Shown in pieces: positions 1 through 12,746 of a stretch of DNA of 64,000 nucleotides. The notes beneath the pieces were generated by a model, which was given only the letters and a program-made list of their open reading frames with translations, made no database searches and was not told the DNA's origin. The DNA lies in the NCBI GenBank assembly GCA_036172245.1, contig JAYWIR010000012.1, forward strand, positions 4,402,001 through 4,466,000, written 5' to 3'. Numbering within the stretch: position 1 is the first letter of the stretch; every line of letters begins with the position of its first letter. The translations under genes and the position numbers were made by a program. Source of the stretch: Raillietiella orientalis. Taxonomy: Eukaryota.

Positions 1-2249
1 ACGAGGATGCTGAGAGAGGAGGAAGCGCACGTTCTTGAAGCGAGCGGAAGAGGGGAGGGGAGGAAGCAGGAACACCAAAAGACCATGAACGAGCTCCGTG
101 TGCTCGGTTCCCTTCGCTTCCCGTGTGATTTCCCCCCCCCCCTCTCTCTCTCTCTCTTTCGCGCGCGCTCACGATGTGCACTTACAGAAAGAGGAGGAAG
201 GGAGGGAGGGAAACGTTAGCGGATTTCCTTTTTCTTTTTTTTTTTTTCGCGCTTCGCCCTGCACCGGCAGATCGCAAACGCGTGAAACTCCCGCATTGCG
301 TACGAATTCCCATGTACTGTACGTAGCAGCGGTCCGCTCCCGCGGTAATTCGTCCGACCGGTACTTTTTCCCACGCTTGGCCAAGACGGGAAAAAAACGG
401 CGTGCGCGTGTTCGTCCAGCTGGCTGCGCATGCGCGCACTGCGGTGCGATCCGTCGATACCGCCATCGGCAAGCAGGGAGAATCGCTTTCCTTCTCGAGT
501 GAATCGCACAGATGTCACAGCTCAGATCAGGCCGCCGGCTGCTGCCGCCGCCGCCGACGTTCCCGGCGGTGCGCGCGCGCGCGCTCTGGATCACTTCCCG
601 TGGGAGGAGGGGAGGAGGAAGAAACGTCGCCTCGCGTCCTTGCACGCCGGCTACAGGGCGGAAGGCTTTCCGGCTGGGAGCACGCACCGGAAAAGCTCGC
701 GCGGAGCAACCACCGCGGCTGCAGCAACCCGCCGTTTGCTGCGTGCTCTTCTCTCGAGGCGAGCCGTCGGCCTCGTTTCGATCGCCGAAAAAGGAACGCT
801 TCCCGAGACCACCCCGCCTTTCTCCGCTTTCCCGGTAAGACACCGAGGCCTCCCCTTCTACCCAGTCTCCCGGCGAGGAGATTGGAACGAGAGGTGCCCG
901 TGCTGCTCCGTTTGGAAACCAGCGACCCCTTGGAAGTCATTGTGGAGGCAGGGGGGCTGCAGAGCGGGTGACCATCTGTTGCCGCTGCTGCTGAAGTCGG
1001 ATGACGGAACAGACACCCTCCTCCCATCGCCTCGCACGCGGATGGGACTGCTGCTGCTGCTGCAGCAGCAGCGGCAGCAGCAGCGTGGAACCTGCCCTGC
1101 CAGTCCCTGCTGCGACGGCTGCCGCTGCCACCTCTTGAGGCGAAGAAGAGCTGCGGCAAACCGAACGGATGGGTGCTGCTGACAGCGGTCCGGCGCGCGT
1201 TTGCACTCGAGGCGGCGCCTGCCGATGACAGCATGCAGGGACGCGCTGCCGCAGACGCGCGCGCCTTCCCTGCCCGCCGTTCGCTCCAGCAGCGCGCCCG
1301 GCTGCCTCGAACTTGCAGCGGAAGAGCTGGCAGCGTGAACCGTATTGATCGGAGCGGCGGCCCCCAGTTTTTCGTTTCCTCCCGGGTTCGCAGGATGGTT
1401 CCCACTTGCTGGAAAAACATGGAGGGTGGGTGGGTGGAGGAACAGGAGAGAGGGTCCTCGGACGCGCGTGTCGTTCCTCCCCTCAGTCCTTTCGCCGCGG
1501 GCAGGAACGAAGCAAATGCTCGCTGTGACACAAGGAGGGGAAGGAGGGCGCCCGAGCGCAGGCAGAGGCTTGCGGGACGACTCGCCCCAATTTGCACCGA
1601 CGGGGGAGATGACACGCCTTCGGGAGCTTTTCGTATGCGAGGATTCCGCTTCCCTGGAGGGCGAGAGCGGAGGCGCGTCTACCGGACGCAGGTCGTCGCG
1701 CGCATCTTCGTCTTCGGCATCCGGGAGGTGTTCAGAGGGCGTGGCCGGCGGCTCCGAGCTCTCGGAGCTGGTTCCAGGAAGGTGGAAGAAGGAAGGGGCA
1801 AAACTGCGCCCCTTTGGCCTGTTCCCAGGATTTCCTTGCTTTCTTCCTTCCGGTCTCCCGTTTCCTGACCGCGCAAGGATCCCAAGGAACCAAATGCTTG
1901 GGGAGGGGAGGGATCAAAGAATGAAGGTGCGCGAGCTAGATCCCCCCTCTGAGTTGGAAGCGTGCCCGAGGAAGAGCAATGTCCAAGTGCTTTTTCCTCT
2001 TGTGCTGATCTCCTACTACGCGCCCCGCCACCTCGGGCGCTAACATTCCCCATGCTCGCGCACACAAAGAGAGGAGCTTGCGGGCGCGTGTGTACTGCTG
2101 TTGCGAAGCGGATCCTTTCCTATTCAGAAGCGCCAGTGCTCCCTCTGCAGCCGCCTCATCGCACAGGGACGCGCGGAGGGAGACGGTGGTGCGCGGTGCT
2201 GATGCCTCCGCCCGGAAAAAGCCAGCCGCAAGAGGGAACCAAGAGAAAA

Positions 2250-3700
2250 AGATCGACTCGTCTCTGCCGTCTCTGCCCCTTTCTAGACCAACTGACCGAG
2301 GAACTCGGGCAGCAGCAGCACCCATTCGCTCACCCCAGCAAGCTGGGTGCGTTCTTGCGCGCAAGATTCCGTCCCTTCTTCGCCTGAAGAGTGGGACCGC
2401 TGATCCTTGATCGCCAAAGACAACCTCCAGGGAAGATCACCCGACGCGGCGCGCGCGTACGAGAATGGAAAGGTAGGTGGAGGAGGAAAGCGTGCTGCTT
2501 TAGACAACCGCTTGGTCCAGCTCCGTTGCCATGCCTGCGCTCTCGGGGATTCACTGGAGGATTCGGGCGATCGGAGGAAACGTGGGAGGTGATAAAGTCT
2601 CGTTTTCCTCGCCATCCTTTCGAACGTCGCCATTCCCCAAAAGCGACGACACTCCACCCCCCGCTTCCCCGTCCCAATCTTCCTCCACCCCGTCCCCGTC
2701 TCTTCGCTGCCCTACGCCACGCGGCGGCACGGCGTGGCTCTCGAGGATGCTTGGTGACTCTTCGCATGTGCCTCCTTCCCCCTCACGACTGATCTCTGGA
2801 GCAGCGGCGGAGGGGAGGCGACATCTGGAGAGTGATCCTTCCCGACGGAACGAATTTCCATCTTTTCTGACGAACGGATGACTCGCGCTCGGATGCGGGA
2901 GGAGGAGGGGGAGGATTCGTTGTGCGCATCTCCACGCGGCACGCGCGCATCCCCCCGATGAAAGTGAAAGACGAGACGGCGGAAAACGGGGGATACCCCT
3001 CCCTCCCTCCCGCGCGCCTTCTGTCCCTCTTGGCATGTTTCTAAGGAACCATTTCTCTCCCCCGCGTGGACGGGGACAAATCTGAGAAGGGAAGGTGCCA
3101 CGGCAGGGAAGAACTCACGCAGGAAGAGAAAAAAAAAGTTTCAGCCGAGGGCAAGCACCTCTCCCCCTCCCCTCCCCTTCCCTTCCTCCCGCCGTCGCCG
3201 CCCGAGCTGCCACCGCGCGCGCACGGGCCGGTGCGCGGGCAGCGACAGCACAAAGGTAGCACGATGGGCACCCTTGAAGGGTTGCAAGTCGACTGCACTC
3301 CTACCCTCTTCTGTCCCAGATGGCTCAGGATTGAAGCCGGAGGGGGGCCACGGAATCTTCCCCTTGGGAGCGGAAGCACCTGCGTCCACAGTCGCAGAGA
3401 GGAAGACTCCTCTTCCAAGGAAGAAAAGACACCCCAGAGGTGGCAGGGAAGGGAAGCAGCGGAAGGCTCTGCAGGAGAACTCTTCTTCGTGGAGGCGCAT
3501 GGGTTTCGCCGCTTCGCGGCCCGCCACTCCAGAGGGATGGAGGGAAGACATCCCCTTTCCCCACGGTTCCCGAGCGTGGTGTCCCCAATGAGGGGGCGGC
3601 ACCCCGACCACGGCTTCCCCTGCGGAGAGGATCGACTGGCGCATGGGGGGACGCTGCGTGGCAACTCTTTCTCTCTTTCCCTCCGCGTCCGGGTTTTCCC
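2250..3700 (-). mobile_element. Decayed CR1-like non-LTR retrotransposon ORF2 (RT to C-terminus), GC-shifted fossil
   Basis: Collinear motifs across minus-strand ORFs 3041-3820, 2712-3101 and 2283-2657: SIPLEWRAAK..KKSSPAEPSAASLPC (cf. P.eWk.A.v.pi.KKg...P.nYrpiSLt), FVPVHAGERNGSL (cf. vtsGvpQGSvL), FHRGDARV (cf. yADD.k), RSSEKMEIR (cf. WsekWqm.fn), QRSWTKRL (cf. QRrfTKrl), GDLP and RSH (cf. rGDLi, tRgH). Aligned by eye; boundaries approximate. Confidence 0.55.
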
Positions 3701-6449
3701 AATTCCTCCCGCTTCCAGTCGGTCGCATCCTGAGAGGAGGGGGGAGGGAGTCAAGGAGGAGGCGAGTAAGAAGAAGGAGGAGGACGACCGTGGCAACAGC
3801 TGGCAGTGTGCTTTCTGCATCCAGAAAGGAAGAGGAGGAAAAGCACCTGCCGCAAAAAACGCATTTGTGAGCAGGGGAGGCGCGCGCGTCGCTCTGACTG
3901 CGGTCGCCGCAGACCACGGAGGGGCAGGCAGGGAGACTCAATCCCCTCCTCCCGGACAGAGGGCACGGAGAGCACCCGAAGAGCAAGATCCCGGGACACG
4001 CACACAGGGAAACGCCCTTCCTGCATCCGAAAGCGGAGAACAAATGGCCGAACTCGGAGAGGAGGACGGGACAGTTTCGGGATAGGAGTCTCCTCCTCTT
4101 GCACCCAGGGTGTCCTACTACGCTCATGACGAAAGTAAGGAGGAAAAGTATCGCGCGATTCAGTGGTGCCACTGGTTTGATGGAGTGCACCTTCCATCCA
4201 CCCCTACCTCAGTGCTGACCTTCCCCTCCACTCCCGCTGACTGGCCCGTGCGGCGAACCCAGGTGGGGGAACTCGGGTCAAGCAGGGAGAAAACTGGAAC
4301 CTGGAAGAAGGCGCGGTGGAGACGATCTTTGAAGGGAAAGGGGGGGAGGGAGGAAAGGGATGCATCGCGGAAGCGGACGCATACTGATGTGAAACCCACG
4401 TGGGTCGGTCGGGTCCCGTGCGCGCACGCTACGCACGCGCCACTGTTTCCGAAAGGGAAGGTCTCATAGCCTGCCGGATTCGGGGACCCAACGGCGGAAC
4501 TACTGCAGCAGCAGCAGCATAGCCTCCTGTTCCGTAACGGAGGGAACCAGGGGTGGGAAACAGTGGCGAGGGGAGGCGACAGGTGGGGACCAGGACAACG
4601 AAGGTGGAGGTGTGGGCGGTCCAGCTAGGTTCCAGGATGGACCGCCACTAGAAAAAAGAGGTCCCTCTCGCGGCTCCTGCCCTCCAAATTGCTGCGCCAG
4701 AGGAGCGGAATGCACGCGCGCAACGTAGGGAGAAAAGCCGAGGGCACTGACGCGCGGCGCACGTGTCCACACATCCCGCCGGTTCCAGCAGGCGGCGGCT
4801 GCGAGCTCTTGCTACGGAGTCGCGAACAAGTGGGCGGTGTCTACTGCGGAGGTGGGAAGAAACACCTCCCCGTCTGAGAGCAGCGGGCGCAGCTCTGGGA
4901 TGTCTGTGCCGGTGATGTGGGGAGAGAACGGAGGAGAAAATTTCGCTCGCTCCTGAAAGCAGCAACCAATTTCTCTCTCTCTCTCTCTCCTTCTTCCTCC
5001 CCCTACCTAGTCGCTGGATTCGTGGAAGCAAAAGGGCGTTCTCGTGGGCAGAGGCAGCAGTGCCCTTTTCCGCCTCTCGACTCACTTCCGGGTTGTTCGA
5101 GTGGCAGGTGGCGGCGGTGACGAGGAGCGAGACCGGAAAGGTCGGAAGCTTGCGGACGCTGCAGACGCCTGCGGGGAGGTTTTAAGGATGCTTCTAATCA
5201 GGGGAAGAGGATGGGAAGGGAGGAACGGGGCGGAAAAAAACCGCAGTAGCGAACGGGGACGAGACCTGAGGAAAGGAGGAGGGCAGCTGTAATGCAGGCC
5301 GCCATTATTGCCTGCCCCTGCGTGTGGCCGGAGGCGCGTGGCCGCACTTCACTCCCTCTTTCACCCACCCCGCCACGCCCATCCGCCGAAAGTGTGAAGT
5401 CCAGCAGAAGAAAGGTGGGTGGTAACGGAGAGATTGCGGCAGCCGGCACCCAGTTTACCCTTTCGTCCTCCGCCCTGGCTTGCTCGGAGATTCGAGAGCG
5501 CAACCCCGCAGAAGGAGCACCCGCTGGTGCTGCCCCCTCGCCGTCGCAAGGCCTCCTCACGAAGGGAGCCTTGCAACAGCAGAAAGGGGAAGAGCAGAAA
5601 ATGTGAGAGAGCGCTTGTAGCAGCCCACGAAGGGGACAATGGAAGGTCCATGGGAATGAAAGGGACCCACGAGGGATCGCCTTGCGAACGGCAAGTTCCG
5701 GGTTCTCCGGAGACACGACAGCAAAGTCCTCTGGGAAGGGGAAAGCAGCTGCTGCCGCCCCCACGGAGAACCGCGAAGGGAAAGGACGCTACCAGGGATA
5801 AAGAAGGAAACAAGAGAGAGGATAGGAAGTAGGAAAGGGGATCGTTCGGTTCAATCCTGCCTGGCACCCTCACGCTCGGAATAGTCTCAGAATAGGCGCT
5901 TCTGCGGCTCGGTGCTGGACTGTGCGGTTGCTTAGGGACCCATACAGAAGATCCCCTCATTTTTCGCTATCCGCTTCCTCCACCCCCCCTCCTCCCGTCC
6001 TCTTCGTCCCCGCATGCTGCTGTCTCGGAAAGGAGCCACGTAGTCCCCTTCAAGATTCCCCACTCAACTGCATCCTCCTCCACCTCCTGCCCCACACTAT
6101 CATCCCTGTGCGTCCACAGCTGACTCGTAGATCGCGGATGTGGTCGACTGCCTCCCTCGGCCCCACTCTTCCGTCACGACGGTGTGCAACCGCGCCCAGC
6201 AGAGAGGGGTGAGACAGCGCGGTTATTCTCTGGCTTTCTCTCGAAAGAGAGGATCCGAAGCATGACGCTGGAACAGAGACCACTTTCTGAAATGCAAGGA
6301 ACCGGAGACCCGAGGCTTGGAGCGCGGTCCCCCGCAGGGAGATTCGGGAAGGTCACCCCCGCACGACGTCCTTTAGCAACAGCAGCCATCTCTTTCCTTC
6401 CCCCTCTTCAAGGGATGGAGAGAGGCACCGCCTAGTCTCATCCTTCCTC

Positions 6450-7600
6450 TTCCCCGACAATCCCACCGGTGATCCGCATCCTTGAACGCACCCCAGTCTC
6501 CGCCACATCGGAGGGGAGGAAAGATGAAGCAAGGAAGTTTCCGGCGCATGCGCCGCTCCGAGTGGAAAGCCGGCAGCTATGCAGAAGAAAACCAGAAGGT
6601 ACCGACTCCTTTAGCATCTGCTTCGTTCCTTTCCTCCCTCCCTCTCCCGTGGGGAGAGGCGCAGCTTTCCGCCAATTTTCTCGGACGGTCACACCTCTCC
6701 TTTCCTTCCTGCAATCACCTCACTTCCGGTGTCGGCTAGCGTGGCGCTTGAGGCACCGAAGGTCGAAGGATCCCGCAACACCGCCTCCTTTCTTCCCGCG
6801 CTTCCGAGATGCAGAAGCCGGGGAGAAAGGAGGAAAGGAGCTCTTCCGGGTCGCAACCGTGCGTCCCCGGCCGCTAGGAGCCCGCCGACCAAGCATGACG
6901 CCGTCTTCCACAGACAGTGGTCGAATGCTGGCACGAAGAGGCGCTGGACTGGAGAAAAAGCAGAACCTCGGAAGCGCAGAAAGGAGGCCAGGGGAGCGCG
7001 TAGCCGGAACAAGAATCCTCGGAGGAAAGAGGCTTGCGCGGTGGGAGGGAGGGTAAGAGAGGAAGGAAGAGGGGGGGAGGGAGACAAGCGAATCCACCGC
7101 GCAGAAGAAGCGGGCATCGTGCGAAGGAGGGAACCCTCTCGTCGTAAACGAGTTCTCGGTAGGGAGCAGAGCCTTGAATATGAGGGGGGGGGGGGAGGGA
7201 GGAGAGACCCTGCAGCTAGCGAATGCTCGAAGCTCAACGCTCCTGGAAGCAAGTTCTGGAAAGCGTCGAACCGGCAGACAACAGGATGAGAAACGTCGGC
7301 AGGGAGAGCACCTTCGGCAAGCGCCTCGTCCTCGGAAGCAACACACGATGTTGCCTGCGGGCCACTTGCGCGTGCGTACGCGTGTGGAGGCTTGCCGTTT
7401 ACGCGGGGCGCCCAAGCAGCTACAACACTCCCCCTCTCCGTTCCATTCCCTGCAGCTGGGAATGACTCCTCGGCCCTCCATACTGCTCGCATGCAGGAAA
7501 CAGCCGTGTGCGCCAACTGGCGTTTTGAGACTTCAGATGAACGAACCCAGGATGGTCGAGGGCGAGACCACTGATGCCGAAAATCAGTGGGACGATCGGT
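6450..7600 (+). mobile_element. Decayed Jockey/I-like non-LTR RT, GC-shifted fossil
   Basis: ORF 6469-7056 reads RQLCRRKPEGTDSFSICFVPFLPPS (cf. kkLk.rKapGpDgi....lkhLPPS), RSKDPATP (cf. pgKDPt.P), LGARRPSMTPSSTD..GLEKKQ (cf. fGfR...STtDql..gfekkq). ORF 7174-7638 continues LLEASSGKR (cf. vtSGvpQ) and ACRLRGAPKQLQ. Motif order matches RT subdomains. Confidence 0.55.
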
Positions 7601-8899
7601 TCGGGCTGGAGCTCCGACGACACACACGAACGTATTGATGCGCGGCACGCGCCCGCCCCGTTCCTGCTTGGCCGGCACCGGCCTCCGGTTTGGCACCGAG
7701 GAAGGAGGCGACAGAAAAAGAACACCCGGGTATTGCGCCGGCGACGAGACGAGTCGCTTTTCTTGCGGCTCGCTGCCTGCTCGTCTCCAACTCTTCCCTC
7801 GACGCCCAGGAAAGGAGTCCCTTCAATCCCCTTTTCCCTCCAGCACCACCTCCTCGGGTGATCTTCCCGTGTTCGAATGAGGCGCGCGTTTCCAAGGAGA
7901 CGCGCCGCACCTCCCGTGCTCCTCCCGCAGCGCACCCTATGCATTTCAGCACTTCGATTTTCTGAGCGACGCAGATGAGCGGTGTTCAAAAGGGCAGATG
8001 ATCGAAGATGTCGAAGGTGGCCATCTGCGTCTTCCGAAAGCAGATGCGCATCCCAACCGTTTCCTGGTCTTGATCGGCATCAGCGTTATCTTCTTGCACC
8101 CGTGAGAAAAACATGCGCGTACGCAGGAGCGGACTGCGAGGATGTCGATGGGACCGGCGGCTGCTTTTCCTGCGAGGTTCGAGAAGAGGGGACCACAGAA
8201 ATCGCAGAGGGCAAGGAAAAGAACGAGTCTGCAACCCGTTAGGCAGCAATCCCTACACGGTAAAGCCAACGCGAGAGGAACTTGAGGAGTAAAAGTGTCG
8301 AGCCGCTCTTTCCTCCTGGGAAGTTTCCGCACAGTCGAACCCTGTTTGTTATCTCCCGTTCTCTCTAACACCAAAGACTAGCTCTCTCTCCCATCCCAGC
8401 TATTCCTTCACCCACGTCGTTTGGATTCGCCTCTTCGTCGTCCGTTAGGCCTGTCGTCCCTCCAGGCCTATCGGCGAGCCGCGCAGTTTCCAGCAGCACG
8501 AAAGGAACGAAAAGTGGATCTCAGCTTAAGTCACAGAGCTCGAGGTAGAGTATCCCGTTATCTCTCGTCATTTCGCGAACAAGACATTTTCAGAGTATCA
8601 GTGCAAATCCCTTAGAACAGTGGCCCGAATGTGTCCTTCCTTTTTGAAAACAAAAGCAAATACATGGAAGCAGCAAGTGTTTTTTTTTTTTTTTTTGTCT
8701 TCTTCCTCTTCCCCTACCACCCATCTCCACCACCACTACCACAGTTCAGAGATGTGTAACATTTCATTAAACTTTGGAAAACTAGAAACCAACTGGGCTC
8801 GAGGTCCCCCCCTTTTTTTTTCTCTTTCAACCGCCTCCGTTTCTGACCGTTGAAGATACGGTGAGGAATCAAAAACCGTCGTTGGAGTCCCTAAGTGCA

Positions 8900-11090
8900 A
8901 TACTGCGATGGATGCTGATGGATGCAGAAACGTAGACAATCCAACTTGGAAGAAGCACTTGTTCTTAACGAACGAACGATGAGTTCACATGAGGTCACGT
9001 TCGCATTTGGAGATTGCGAGGATGCAGTAAGAGAAAGAGTCGTCTCCAACAACGCCCCTGACGAACCAAAAGGCAATTATCATCATCACTTTTCCAAAGT
9101 TCCCCCCCCAAAAAATAATAATAAGCATGGTGGTTCTAAATGAGAGGAGATGATGGGATATTCAAGCAAGGTCCAGATGACAGAAATGCTTCGCAACAAG
9201 ATCAGAGTCACCTAATATGCGTTGAAAAAGAGACGATAAGGAACGGAGAAGCGGCAAACATTCGCACGAAACGACACCACAGGTCCAATCGATCCGAACA
9301 AACTCGCAAAATCACTGCATTAGACAATTAGTCCATCTTCTGGAAGGAGTCTCTTTAAAGCAGCTGTTTCAACTAGACAAGCAAAATAAATAAACAGAGC
9401 CTGGTGAGCATGGCGCAGAATATCCCGGCAACAGCACCTGCACTTGAAGTAAACTTTCAGAGGACATAGGATGGAAGCGAGCAAATTATTATTCAACTGG
9501 GGAAAAAAAAAAAAAAGGAAAATCAAACTGTACAGCCATGCATCCGCATGAGAATGTGGGGTGTCTGGGACGCTCTTGAAAACGGGGAATTCACACCCGT
9601 TTATCCCAGTTCATCAGAGGTGATGGACACTGAAAGTATATCGATTTTACTAATTGGTCCCGGTCATTCCGATGAGACTGGAGGACAGATCCTGCACGGG
9701 GTTAAGAAGCCACGTCCACGTCGACAGTTCCAAGAAGTTTCGCCGCCACAGCACGAGAGCAAAGTTTTGCGGGAAAGATGGAAAGATCACAGAGAGCCAC
9801 ACACAGCTTCTGGGAGCAGCACCTCCAGCATTTCCGACACACGAACTTGCCCGGTGGCGTCCAAGCAGACCGACGGCCATCGAACGAGAGAGAGTTGATC
9901 GCCAAGTGGATTTACCATTGCAAACCGAATGGCAGCTCTCAGACAAAAGCAACTGATATTTGGAGACACATCGACGTCTCTGTCATCGTTAGTTCGTTCG
10001 TTCCCTTGCTCATCACTCTGATCAATTATATATATGCCCTCCAAAATGATTTACCGACGAGCAATTTTTTTTTTTTTTTTCAGTGCGCCCTGCATCGGGA
10101 AGGCAATGTTTTCCATCGCTCTTTGCAAAAGTTCCCGAAATGGTTTAACGTAAACGCAAAATCCACGAACAAAGGGAAACGTGGTGTTTGTTCTGGTGCA
10201 TTCCTGCACACTCGTACGCCATGGAGCTCTCGCAGCACCCGTTGCACGTTGCCAGGGAAGGAGAAGACAAAAAAAAAAAAAAAAACGCTTGCGAAACGCG
10301 TTTCGCGAATGCACGGAACGCAAATTAACCTCTTCATTCTCTTCCCAAGCCCCCCACCCCCACCCCACCCCATCCCACCCTCCACCCTCCCCCCCCCAAA
10401 AAAAAGATTACTACGAGCGCACAAACATTGCTTTCAAGTGACTCATCACAAATTCATGTTTTCAACGTAAGATAAGCGTATCATCCCAGGGAATTTCATC
10501 ATCGGAAAAAATAATTGCACTTTTTACGAACGTTTCCGCACCTCGAAGAAAATTCCAGATGCTTAATCATCGGAGTTCCAGACGATTCGTCCTCTCCATC
10601 CAGCAGGCCAACAAGACCGCCGGCTCTAAATTCATGATAATTGATTCCCCCTCCTCTTCCTGCCTCCCCCCCATTTCAGATTGCTAACGATGCTGTGGAG
10701 AAACAGTCCCTACAGAGGGAGATGCAATCGACTTAGGTATTCTGGAGCCTGGACCCAAAACACGATCTCTGTTTCACGGTAGCAAGAGGGATAGGAAAAG
10801 ACTTGCCCCCGCTTTCGTCAACCAGAAATCATTGCAAATCCCGTTTTTTTTTCCTTCCAGCGTTTATCATTAGCATTCCACGATGTGGAAGACTCGTTGA
10901 TCATCGTGACAAAATCATGCCCAGCGTTTCTGCTTTCCCTTAATTTCAAGGAGAATCCGTTGATCCGAAGAGGCTGTGAACAACCGCAAGCGCAGTTCGA
11001 TAATAAATTTCCTTCCGAGCCATACGCACACCATTTGTGCACGTAAAACACCCGAAAGATACATCCAAAACTTCGAGCAGCTCCTTCACG
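8900..11090 (+). mobile_element. Decayed I-clade-like LINE ORF2 (RT plus possible RNase H)
   Basis: In order, with frameshifts and stops: NAPDEPKGNYHHHFSKVP (~9050; cf. sAPgpDgihy.mlkhlP), QLVHLLEGVSLKQLFQ (~9325), LEVNFQRT*D (~9445; cf. vflDfeKAyD), WDALENGEF (~9565), FWEQHLQH (~9807), QADRR..LIAKWIYHC (~9862-9921; cf. wGADR..LIrsklDYgc), KTAGSK (~10612; cf. RNase H yTDGSK). Interrupted by poly-A/T/C runs. Confidence 0.5.
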
Positions 11091-11209
11091 CTGTTGAGAG
11101 AGGGAGAAGATGACACCACAGAGGAGGAGGGAGGCACCTTGTCCGTCCTCACCTTTCGGGAACGTGCGCAGGAAGAGGACGAACAGGGATGAATGCGATG
11201 GCAACGCGC

Positions 11210-11590
11210 ACCCCGCCGCATGCTGCTGCACTTCCGTACGTACATCCACCGAAACACGTACGGAACGTACGCGCATTTCCGCGTGTACATGCCGATGCTT
11301 TCGTGCGCTCCTCCCTCTACCGACGTACGCGGTCCAACGTGCTTTCACATATTCGCACGTGTGCGAAGATCTGGTTTCCAGCACGACGCGTGTGCGCTCG
11401 TGTACACTGCGAACGGCAGAAACGTACACGCTCGCGGGAACGTACATGCGAGCAGACTGGACACGTGCTTCACGTCAGTGGATGGCCACTCACATGAAAC
11501 GTGCATGATTTATGCGTACGTGGCTTTGCACGTATATGCATTTCCAGACATGCATGCATTATGTGTGCTCTTTACTCCGTACCATACGAG
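11210..11590. repeat. Degenerate alternating purine-pyrimidine tract (ACGT/GTAC/ATGC/ACAT units)
   Basis: Dense cgtacgtac, acgtacacg, gtacatgc and catgcatgc words; a shorter similar tract lies at ~13512-13552. Confidence 0.7.
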
Positions 11591-12675
11591 AATGAAAGGA
11601 AATGCAAACAAGTACATACGCTTACACTTTTCCCTAGCTGATTCTTCAGAAACTCGACATGCCATTTCATTTACAAGTCTTTCATGGATGATATATCTTT
11701 CCATCGAATCTAGAAAACGAAACGCAATGTCATATACAGTTTTGATGCATGATTCAAAGACTGATGAGCAAAAGAAAAGTGTGTACATATGTCTTCTCAA
11801 ATTCTTTTTTTTCTTTTTTTTCCGAACACAAGTTGGCACATTTAATGGAGGCAGTTTGGAGTGAGCAAGAAGGAAAATTTCTGAAAAAAGATGGGAGGAG
11901 AGGGGGGGGGGGGTAAAAAGGCGACTTGGAAAAAGAAAAAAACAGGCGAGCACAGAGATTACTTGTTTTAAATCAGGAGTGCACGTTAGTCACTATGGAG
12001 ATAAAAAAAAAAAAAAAAAAATTACATACCCTTTTCGCAACAACTAGAAACGAAACGATCACCACTCGCATACGGAGGATTTTACTACCGCAAAAAAACG
12101 TTGTTCACTCATTAACAACGATTGAAATGCATCCGCCATATTCGAAAAGGCGATTCGCGCCATTTGTTTGCCAACTAAGATTTTTTCTGGTTTTCGGAAC
12201 TCGTGGAGCACACGCAAATGCTGTTCTCCCATGGATCGTATATTGCACCAGGCGCATTTTCTTGAGTCAGGTGGCGTTCGTACAAATGACAAGAGCTTAA
12301 TTCGAATGCTGTAAACCCACACCTGCTGCAGCATTTCGGAACAGATTCCAGAAGGAAAGATCAGCTGCGAAAGAACATTTACCCGATTATTGCAATGCTC
12401 GAATCAACCCTAAGAAAAATGTTGGAGGCAAATTTGGGGGATGGGAAATCGAAAAAAATTCTCTCTCCCGTTATTGTGAAATTCTCTCCTTTCAGGGTTT
12501 TTTTTTTCTTTTCCCCGGGCAACTTTGCGCAAAGTTCTTGCAGGAGGAGGAGGGAATGACGCCCCAGTCCTAAGGATTCCGCTCCCAAGTTTCGAAACAA
12601 CAGCGAAGAATTCGCACACGCATCCTTCATCTTTTCATCTGAATTCAGTAGGCAAAGGTTTGTGCGGTGCATTTT

Positions 12676-12746
12676 TTTCTTCTCTCTCTCTCTCTCTCTC
12701 TTCTTTTTCGTCTTTCCTTTTCTTTCTTTCTCTCTCTCTCTCTCTT
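12676..12746. repeat. (CT)n/polypyrimidine microsatellite
   Basis: Two ctctctctct runs separated by T-rich pyrimidine sequence. Confidence 0.85.
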
